From Tubiluchus corallicola (taxonomy: Eukaryota; Animalia; Priapulida), in the NCBI GenBank assembly GCA_030141605.1, contig JAQGDQ010001605.1:1-32740 (forward strand): 32,740 nucleotides of DNA, written 5' to 3'. Below are positions 23,041 through 32,740 of this stretch, in pieces. The notes under the pieces are model-generated. The model had not been told where the DNA came from and made no database searches. It saw only the letters and a program-made list of their open reading frames with translations. The first letter of the stretch is position 1; the number at the start of each line of letters is the position of its first letter. The position numbers were made by a program, and so were the translations under genes.

Positions 23041-23825
23041 CGAGCATTAATGAATATGATGTAGTTCAAATCATAAATGCAACAGAAATATTTATTTTGG
23101 TCTTCTTACTCCAATACATAATTCTTATTGTTAATTCAAAAATACGGTGAATTATTACAGACCCCTGTAGCAACTTCACATGTAAACTTTTTTAGTTTTT
23201 AGCCGTCAATAACAAACTGTCAATTTTTCCCCTAACAGTTTATTGAAATTTGAAACAACTTTTTCGACTAGCTAGTTCTGGATTGCGATTCATTCTACCA
23301 ACGTCATTATTACTAGGACTAGATTGTCATTGGATCACTTACAAATGGACCTATGTTTCTTATACTTAACGAGCCGTCTCCATTTTCAAACCTACATTAG
23401 CATGCCAGTCACGTGACCAGGAATAATGACTGCAGCATTTGTACAGCATCGCAGCATTCACCGGTGAAAGCATTTCTGATAATATACTTCGCCAACTTTA
23501 AGGTTTCCCCACATGAAACCTTTCATTTACGGGCAAAATAAATTGGCAGCAAAACCACAGGATGATTGTTAATAATGAATGCTGCTGAGTGATATGCATC
23601 CTGGAAATGACGCTGATCAAGACATTTGACCAACTGCAGGTCAGACTTGTCACAGGAAGTCATGGAATAATCGTACGTAGGGGAAATGACGTGAAAACTG
23701 CGTTAGACTTGTCTGTGTTACACCTTCAATAAAAAACCTGCATTTTATACTCGTCACATTCTGTAATTTCCTAGAATGATGAAAGAAATTAAACTTGTAA
23801 ATATTGTTCCACTAGTTCTACTATA

Positions 23826-23845
23826 CTAGTAGTAGTGGCAGCAGT

Positions 23846-23876
<31 letters not shown>

Positions 23877-24280
23877 GCAGCAGCACCAGCAGTAGTAGTA
23901 GTAATTGTAGTAGTAGCAGCAGTAGTAGCAGTAGTAGTAGTAATAGTGGCAGCAGCAGCAGCAGTACTAGTAGTAGTAGTAGTAATTGTAGTAGTAGCAG
24001 CAGTAGTAGCAGTAGTAGTAGTAATAGTGGCAGCAGCAGCAGCAGTACTAGCAGTAGTAGTAGTAATTGTAGTAGTAGCAGCAGTAGTAGCAGTAGTAGT
24101 AGTAGTAATAGTGGCAGCAGCAGCAGCAGTACTAGTAGTAGCACCACCAGCAGCAGCAGCAGCAGCAGCATTAGCAGTAGCAGTAGCAGCAGCAGCAGCA
24201 GTAGCAGCAGCAGCAGTACTAGTAGTAGCACCACCACCAGCAGCAGCAGCATTAGCAGTAGCAGCAGTAGTAGCAGTAAT
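23826..24280. repeat. Compound (TAG/CAG)n repeat with an 81-bp higher-order period
   Basis: Marker GTAATTGTAG at 23901, 23982, 24063; block GCACCACCAGCAG...GCATTAGCAGTAG occurs twice afterwards. Confidence 0.95.
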
Positions 24281-25249
24281 GTTTGTTCTCCATATTTAAG
24301 TATAACAGAAAGTTTTAATATTACATAACAATTTTTGCACTTTCAGAAATATATTTGGAGCATTTTAATCATTCCGTGAGGTAGATTTATGTTGCCAAAG
24401 ACCTTTTTCAATAGCTAACTCGTGGAAATTAATCGCAAACGTACAATATTTTAATAAATAATTTTCTCTCATCATAAAACCCTGACACTAAACCTGGATT
24501 AATATTTACATAGTACACGTATTTTTATCTCTTGAGAAGTACCTTCAAGCACAGATCTTCGCTCAGACAGAATACATGAAATCCTTGAATTATTTAATTT
24601 ACTATGAGAATTTATTACATAATAAGAAAATATAAGTTTGGCCTGTAGCAATTACTCGCTTCGTTTCATCGCTTTTACCACTTGCAGTATTCCTTTTGCT
24701 TTTAAAAGAGAGTCTTTTATGTAAGACTCCTTCACATAACAAAACGTTCTTCATAAATTATGAAATGTATTACTGACTGACGCGGCAGACTGCTTTGCTT
24801 TACACTTTAAGACGAGTTGCGGAGGTACACTTAACCATTGACCTACTAAAATGCGCGTGCGCACAACGAATCCGTGAAAAGACTCATTCATATTGCGGCT
24901 AATTTGCAAAACGGTCTGAGTAAATTATGAAATGCATTATATTTATATTTTTTACATTTTATTTTATATTTTTAACAAAAAAACTTTCTGAAACCAGCTA
25001 ACTTACGAAATTGTACAATAATCAGTCTGCAACTCTTTGGTTGTCATCATAGTTTGTATCATTATGCAGTTTCGTAATGACTAATGACATTCATTATCGA
25101 ATGGCTTTCTATTTCTGTAAATCTGGAACAGTCATGAATAAGCTGACTCTGAATAGCATCAAATTATCATAAATGTCTGTAAAGAAAGAGAAAGTGGCTT
25201 CATTAAATAATAATTGGATACGTTAACATATATATTAATCACAGTTATT

Positions 25250-25625
25250 ATAATATAATCAAAATATAATGTTATTAAAATATGGTCATAAATTCCGAGT
25301 GAAATGAAAACTCTTAATCTTTATCAATTTAAAAAAGCATGAAAGAATTACGTACTGCAACGGTATACTTAACTCACAATTTTACTCATACTGATCTCAA
25401 GTTACTAACAAAACTTATTTTGTTCTAATGTACGTTATAACTGATGAAAATACTATGTAATGTTAATTGTCAATTGTTTCACTTATCTGGAGGAGGACTC
25501 AAAAGCTCAATGCTCATTCCTCCTCCTCACAGTAACTCGTTCATTTTATAAATTTTTTTTCATTGTAATGACAATTTGTATGTATGTTTGTGATGCTATG
25601 GAATAAATTCATAATTCATAATTCG
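25250..25625 (+). mobile_element. Decayed L2/Crack-group LINE 3' end
   Basis: From 25277: KIWS*IPSEMKTLNLYQFKKA*KNYVLQRYT* (cf. KIWNxIPxEIK...FKKxLKxYL). 3'UTR stem GGAGGAGGA...TCCTCCTCC near 25489-25527, then AATAAA and an (ATTCATA)n tail. Confidence 0.6.
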
Positions 25626-27565
25626 TAAGAATGCTGTTAGAATAAGCGTGGCGACAACTAGAGGAATTTTAAAGTACAAGGCCAATACAATCTTAAACGA
25701 AATGAAATTTTTTTGGATCCGTTAAAAAGTTTCTTTAAGGTTTCAATTAAATTTGCAAATAATCATTGGAATTTTTTGCATGCTCCTTTGAAGGGAACCT
25801 AAGGCTCAAAAAATTGTTTCGTTCGCTTAGTCTGGTAAACAATTTTTACCTGTACCAGATGATAGATGGGACCTTAGTGTTTATTGCCTGGATGTATTAA
25901 TTTTCAGGTGGGCCTTGTAGGAGGTATGGGCCGATTTGTTGGACCACACCCAAAAACCCTTGTTAGTGTCAGGCAAAGAGTTGTTCATTGTTGCATCCAT
26001 CTAGGCCTTAAATATTGTCCAAAATGTTTGTTGTAATCCTTTTTATTTTTCCTAAACTACGTCCTTTTTCAATTGTAAGTTTTTTCAACAATGCAGCGTA
26101 CTACTGTCCACATTGTCATATAAAATTCCGGTATCTATGGTTACTCACAGTGGGGTTGTAGTGTAACATGGGACATTCTACGAAGCTACGGCCAAAAAAC
26201 ATGCTTGCTTAAATATACTTATGTTTAAACATGACGTTCAAAGTAATATTACGTTCAGAACGTTATCTTGAAGCCCCAGTTTTAATATCGTAATGAAATT
26301 GTTCCACCACTGTGCAATTATCACGTTTGGAAACGTTCCGACGCACCTCATTGATTGCGTTAATGGCGTTTTTGGCAGAAGCCTCTAGGTCAGAAGCTCT
26401 CTCTCTCTCTCTCTGGTTTATGTTTTGTATCAGACCAGAAGCCATTTCTCACAGCTCTCGTTAAAACAAGTGGGTCAGATGAAAAGCAGCACCAAAAAGC
26501 ACCTACGTTATTATCTAGTATCAATGTATTATAAGTTATAATCTGAAATATATACAAAGGTATACAAAGTGTTGAATTCAAACAGATCTGCCCCCCACCA
26601 TGCGTGCCTACAGTGATTATCGTTCTTTGAACACGATTTTTCCAGATTTCAACGTCCACTGCGTTCTGGTTTTGAAATGCACTGTTGCACGCTATATACG
26701 TGATGGCTTTGTTATAATGATAATTTAGTAACCAAACACGTTAACAGAATAATATTTCAAGCTTTAGGCACATACCATAGTCAACGTTAGTTCTTACCAA
26801 GTGTCTGTCAGTTAACAATAGTTATAACTTAACAATAAGAAGTATTGAAAGGCTTCGATAATAAATGAATTCTCAGATTTAAATCTATTTCATTTCAAGA
26901 AGATGGAAATCATTTTTCACGGTGTTCATTTATTGAAGCTTCATATTTATGCTTAGCTTATGTAATATTACTAACAGGCAGTACTAATTATACTTTTACT
27001 ATTATAATAGTAAACTTTAGATATTTTGTTCTATGTACCAACAAACAAAAGCTGTAAAATGGTGGCCTTGAAAATGACACTTTCTCTCTTCATTAATTCA
27101 CCAAGTTGGTAGTTGGTAATTGGCTACACGGACGCTGGTAATGCAATAGCGTTATTATCAGGCTGGCAATAAGACAGTTTAATTAGCCAATGGAACATTT
27201 TATTCATGGACACTTACTTGCTAGAAGACCAGAGTCGCCTTGTCCATGGCTGTACGAGTAACTTGGTTTGAACATCACAAATGGAAAATTTTTGAAATTT
27301 TCCATGTTTGCCTTGAATTGAGCGTCGGCATTACAACCTAAGATGTACTTACTAATAACGCCCATAACGATAATCATAGATCAGAATAATCATAACAGAT
27401 TTGTAGTCCAAATGAATAGGAATAACAACCTGGATGAGAATCAATTTTTCACAGATTTAAGGATTAACTAGCCATTACTAGTTAAGTTTTATTAGTAAAC
27501 GAATTAGGCTTAAATAATTTGTATATACAAGTTAATTTTTTATTAGTGGCGTATAAAAACATTTA

Positions 27566-27713
27566 TTAAAATCACGACTTTATTAAAACGTTTAATTTAC
27601 TTAGTTAAAAATCATGTCAAACGTTTTGACAGCAGTAAGAATCTCTGTCAAAACATTTCACATGATTTTTAATTATGTAAATTAAAAGTTTTAATAAAGT
27701 TGTGGTGTTTTAA
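27566..27713. repeat. Imperfect fold-back palindrome (arms about 67 bp, 12-nt loop); possible palindromic MITE
   Basis: TTAAAATCACGACTTTATTAAAACG...ATCATGTCAAACGTTTTGACAG / CTGTCAAAACATTTCACATGAT...TTTTAATAAAGTTGTGGTGTTTTAA. Confidence 0.85.
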
Positions 27714-27976
27714 CTATCAATTTGTATATATTGAAAAAGTTTAAAAGCATTAAAAGAGAAGCTTGCAACAGAGTACAGAGTTGGTGGTATTTCTCATTGA
27801 CGCTCCATAATAGCACTGGAATTGGCTAGTATGAGATGACAAGCTCATGATTTGAATTTTACTTCTTAGTCTCCATCACAGGATTTAAGTTTCTTTTTTA
27901 CACAATCTTTATTATGATCGCGGTTCACTTTGTCATTCGTTAACATGCTTTCTTTTTGGAGGTTACATGTTCGATT

Positions 27977-28033
27977 CCACGGCCAGGTAATAAGCTTATA
28001 AAGTCCACGGCCAGGTAATAAGGTTATAAAGTC
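27977..28033. repeat. 27-bp tandem duplication
   Basis: TCCACGGCCAGGTAATAAG(C/G)TTATAAAG x2. Confidence 0.85.
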
Positions 28034-28126
28034 GTAGCTGTCGTTCCTGCCCAGGGTTGTCTGCACTGTTGCCGATCTTGTTGGCGTTGTTCCAGATTAG
28101 GCAGTGTTTATGTGGATGTATATGGC

Positions 28127-28373
28127 TGTAGCTTGCAGCTGCAACTATAATTTGTAGTTTGTAGCTATCACTGTAGCTTGTAGCTACAAGTGTAGCCTTG
28201 TAGCTTGCAGCTACAACTGTAGCTTGTAGTTTGCAGTTATCACTGTAGCTTGTAGCTACAACTATAGTTTGTAGTTTGTAGCTATCACTGTAGCTTGTAG
28301 CTAAAAGTGTAGCCTTGTAGCTTGCAGCTACAACTGTAGCTTGTAGTTTGCAGTTATCACTGTAGCTTGCAAC
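28127..28373. repeat. 117-bp tandem repeat (about 2.1 copies) built from TGTAGCT-like subunits
   Basis: TGTAGCCTTG at 28191 and 28308; gives the 39-aa repeat in ORF 27996-28415. Confidence 0.9.
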
Positions 28374-29229
28374 TGCGGGTAGTTTTTTAACTGAATCTGG
28401 CAATAATTGTTGCATTACATTTTAAAACTAAAATCTAAAACGTTCGTTCCGATCACATTCATATATTATAGGCATGAAAACGTTTCTAGGCTACTACGTC
28501 ATCGCTACCCTGACCTATATAACTGCACCCTTTCATGAAATTGGGCAATTTTTCCCCAATCAATCGTGGTAATTAAGTCTCTATCGATCACACACACATA
28601 TATATGTATATTCTCCAGATGACCCGGTTTCAGGGCTTGCGTCGTTAATGGCTTTGTGGCGTGCTCTGGTTAATGTACTACGTCGCTAAATATGCATTAG
28701 AAGAAACGACGACATTTAATAGCCAACCTACAGGGAAAGGTACTTACAGCAACCCAACACTTAAATATACTCCTGGCGCTTTTACATGCATTTTGCATTC
28801 AGTGGAAAAGAAGACGGTGTTCTCAGAATTCGTGCATTTCATGAATGAGTGAGCTTATTGGTTTTCCCACACGAGTGTAAGCAACGTTTTTTCAACTTTG
28901 TCTTTTTTTAATTTTCCATAAATCGCATAATGATTTTCACAAGCGGGTGATTGACCAACACTTTTTCAACTTTATGATTTTTTTCATTTTGTTGTACTTA
29001 CAAGATTTTCTTTCACCACACATTGAAGCAGTTTATTGTAAGCATCTGTTTTTTGGTAAACCATTTTGTAATTATTGTTTCGTACCATTGAATGTACATT
29101 GCTTTTTGTCGGATAGGAGAATAAATTCATATTTAAAGCTAAACTGGACCCAATCTTAAACCGTAGGTCAAAACAACCTACTCTTTAAAATATTGAAAGG
29201 AAACATACTATTTTTTCAAAAACGAAAAT

Positions 29230-29318
29230 TGTTGCTGCTGTTGTTGTTGTTGTTGTTGTCATCATCATCATCAGCAGCAGCAGTAGCAGCAGCAGCAGCA
29301 TGATCATCATCATTATTA
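29230..29318. repeat. Short compound trinucleotide repeat (GTT)(CAT)(CAG)(CAT)
   Basis: Direct reading. Confidence 0.9.
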
Positions 29319-29804
29319 TAGCTCCAAGATTCACTCAGCTGTGGGCTTATCAGAGTACATGGTAGATCTTAATGTAATGCGACAAACCTGCACGTGGCAG
29401 AAACGCCTTTGTCAGTTCACTGTTTCATCTTAAAGGATTAGCAAGATTCCGGTCTCGCCATCCACGTAAAACAGACCCACTACCGAGTGCTGGATTCAGT
29501 CTTGTAAAGTGCATGACTTCCGATGTTCAGAAAACGTAAAGAGTTAAATATAGCGACAAACTGTATTTCGTTACAAATTTCCATTTCATTTTTGTTAATT
29601 TTTAAAAACGTTTCGCATATTTTGCAGAACAGCTCATTAAAGCTCACAAGTTTCTGAGCTGTTATTAAAGAACAAGATTACCATCGTTATAATTATTCAT
29701 TAATTTATATAGTTAGTAGGCGGGCCAGGATCAAATTTATGGACACAATTTCGAAAAATTAAATAAGGCATGTGGTCTATATTTTAAATGGCTCATAAAC
29801 TATA

Positions 29805-30027
29805 GTGATGATGATGATGATGATAATGATGGTGGTGGTGATGATGATGGTGATAGTGATGATGATGGTGATGATGATGATGATGGTGGTGGTGGTGACG
29901 GTGATGGTGATGATGTTGATGATGATGGTGATGATGATGGTGATGATAAATATGATGATGGTGATGGTGATGATGATGATGATGACGGTGATGGTGATGA
30001 TGATGATGGTGTTGATGATGATGATGG

Positions 30028-30108
<81 letters not shown>
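29805..30108. repeat. (GAT)n microsatellite with GGT variants
   Basis: Direct reading; pure at the 3' end, degenerate at the 5' end. Confidence 0.97.
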
Positions 30109-30109
<1 letters not shown>

Positions 30110-30489
30110 TCACTGCTTTTAATTTAGCCCTGAAATCCCTTGCAATCATCAAAATAAATGTATTAAATTAACGACCTTTACTAATAGAAGGGCCATGTTG
30201 CACCATTATAGTGTGATTTAAACCTGCTAAAACTAAAAGATAGATATAAATTAGAATTCACCACAGAATCAAACATAACACTCTTCCAGCATTGTATCTG
30301 ATTACTATTAATCTGTAGACACAACACGTGATTAGAACACAAGATCTGCAAGCACCAGCAATTACTACATTAAACGCTTCAATAGAAGTCTGAAATACCA
30401 GGGAGCTGTGAAATAGCCTTCTTAATTATAAGAAAATTACTTTCTATTATAATCAAATGTAATACTATAGATCTAGTCTTATAACTAGC

Positions 30490-30828
30490 TGTTGTGGAGA
30501 TCCACTAGAATTAAATAGAATAGTATAGTAGAATAATCTTCTAACCTTGTAGAAGTTTCGAGAACTTTCTATTTCTAGATTGTTCTTTTGCACTGACATA
30601 TAAGGCGGAGCTGGCCGCTGACGTTTATTCTCTCCCATTCTCTTGTATCTTCGTATTCTCAGATACGCTTTCTCGCTTTCACGTTTCCAGATTATCACAT
30701 TTACTGCAAACATTTCGCGTTCCTTCATACTTTTATGTTGTAGAATTGTCGCATAATAAACTAGTTTAATTTGACGACGTGTTTTCTGGTTTTCTCTACG
30801 AGCCTTCAGAGAGAAACAAAACACGACA
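30490..30828 (+). mobile_element. Solo LTR (339 bp) of an LTR retrotransposon, 5-bp TSD
   Basis: Starts TGTTGTG, ends CACGACA. CTAGC at 30485-30489 and 30829-30833. HSE at 30551-30570, ATATAA at about 30598-30603, AATAAA at about 30755-30760. Reverse-complement homologue of 13685-14029. Confidence 0.9.
30551..30570. promoter_or_regulatory. Heat-shock element inside the solo LTR
   Basis: aGAAg tTTCg aGAAc tTTCt, four perfect inverted nGAAn units about 27 bp upstream of the TATA-like box. Confidence 0.65.
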
Positions 30829-31710
30829 CTAGCTACTGTAACAACTACTGGTTATCTGTTATTTGATATACTAATTAATAATAACATAGAAGTCCTACTA
30901 GTAATACTTGATATGGGTCAGTTAGTAGTATACAGTTAGTCTTCTTCAAAAGTTACTTGAAACTGAAGTCGTCATATATTCACTGCCTTGACATGGAAGG
31001 AAAGTACAGTTAATGATACTAATCTCATCCTTTATACAGAAATGCGTTTTTGTTACAGTTTCAGATGAACAATATTGCCTATAACATTAAATTCTTAGCT
31101 AGAAAGACAATAGATTTTTATTAATTTTATCATGCTATTAATCTAACTTAATCTAACTAGTAATATTTCTCGTATATCATTAGAACTACGTGTACTATGT
31201 TTAATGACAATTTTCCTTATTTACAAGTAGCTAAGTGAAAATTTATAAGCAAATGGATTAATAATGAAGTGAACTTTAATTAGTTATTCTATTCTGATAT
31301 TTTTAATAGTCTTATAATAGCTATAGTGGCCACTAATGTATTATGCTATAATTTTATGATAAATTGGGGTAGCAGAATCGATTCGCTGCCCTTTTTTGTG
31401 CACCACTAGCACGAAGTCGTCCCCATTTGTTGCATTATGTGCTTCAGAGAAGAAAAAATAAATTGTTTATGTCATATAAAAAAAGCCAAAGTGCATCGCT
31501 CGCTACGAACCTCTCACGCATTCTCTAGTATAGGGCGGCAAATTGCTATTTAATGACAGCAATTCCCTCAAATTCCCGTCTCTCGACAACATTCGGTGCG
31601 ATTAAAGTAATTTATGCGAAATAAATCAAGAAAATTGTAAATTAATGCCGATTGAGAAGCTGAATTGAATCTTCTGCTTTTCACACTGTATTCGGGAATT
31701 ACGGCGCGGG

Positions 31711-32076
<366 letters not shown>

Positions 32077-32740
32077 TGAGAAGATGGAAGGACGAGTGTG
32101 AGGTGGACAGTACAGAAGAGGGTGGGAAAATACACGAAGTTTCATCCATGATATAGAAAATATATGCTTACGGCTCAAGACAGCTATGTTTCCTCAAAAA
32201 TGGCAGCTTGCTGTGCCATCACAGTTTCGAATAAATAATAGGTGATTGAAACAGCACACAAAACGAAGCTAATTAACAAACGTACACACAGAATAATTCA
32301 ATTCTCTTTACCAACACAGTTATGAATAAAAATTCCACTATATAGATAAACAATTCATAATGTATAAGCTAACCAAAACACAATACTTGAAATATATCTA
32401 CTAACATTTTCATTAACTGAAAAGAAAAAAACCTGCTGTGAAGATATATCCCCTTCCTACGCAGTAATGAATAAATTTTAGTAAGAAAACTAATGAAATA
32501 CTAATACTTACAGATAGCCGCTTGCGCCTGCTGAAAGAAATCCTATCTTCGAGTTTATAGCCTAATAATCATGTCGGCATAATAGCGAGTTTAACGGCAA
32601 AATCTCAGCGTGCGGCAGTAATAACGTGAGCAGATTCTGAAAGCTGAATGATATGATGACGCATGCGCAGTAGCGATTATCGTTTCTCCAGTGACTTTGT
32701 AAATTCCGAATAGCGCAAATTTAAAGAATAATAATTATTC

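Noticed and set aside
25800-26180. pogo/psq-type HTH transposase relic
   Set aside because: Similarity is too weak and the candidate terminal motif has the wrong orientation.
27955-27995. tRNA or tRNA-derived SINE (GTTCGATTCC B-box)
   Set aside because: No A-box or cloverleaf recognisable.

Overview
AT-rich, microsatellite-rich eukaryotic DNA, most likely a protostome invertebrate (inference from the repeat types and an ionotropic-receptor gene). The only convincing host gene is an intronless, very compact ionotropic receptor (variant iGluR/IR family) at about 6682-8064 (+). The rest is repeats: a near-identical inverted pair of Penelope-like GIY-YIG fragments (1-589 / 1610-2196), two solo LTRs of one family with 5-bp TSDs and perfect heat-shock elements (13685-14029, 30490-30828) plus a fragment, a hAT MITE with 8-bp TSD, a piggyBac-type MITE with TTAA TSD, two RTE-clade relics (one bipartite), CR1/L2-group relics, three minisatellites (95-96, 55 and 22 bp units), a fold-back hairpin and many simple repeats. 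Most ORF-track entries are repeat artefacts. I did not find a clearly new multi-gene system. The best leads are the minimal IR retaining the glutamate-binding triad, the HSE-bearing LTR family, the Penelope inverted duplication and the CTCF-motif-like minisatellite. All family assignments come from motif recognition by eye, not database searches.
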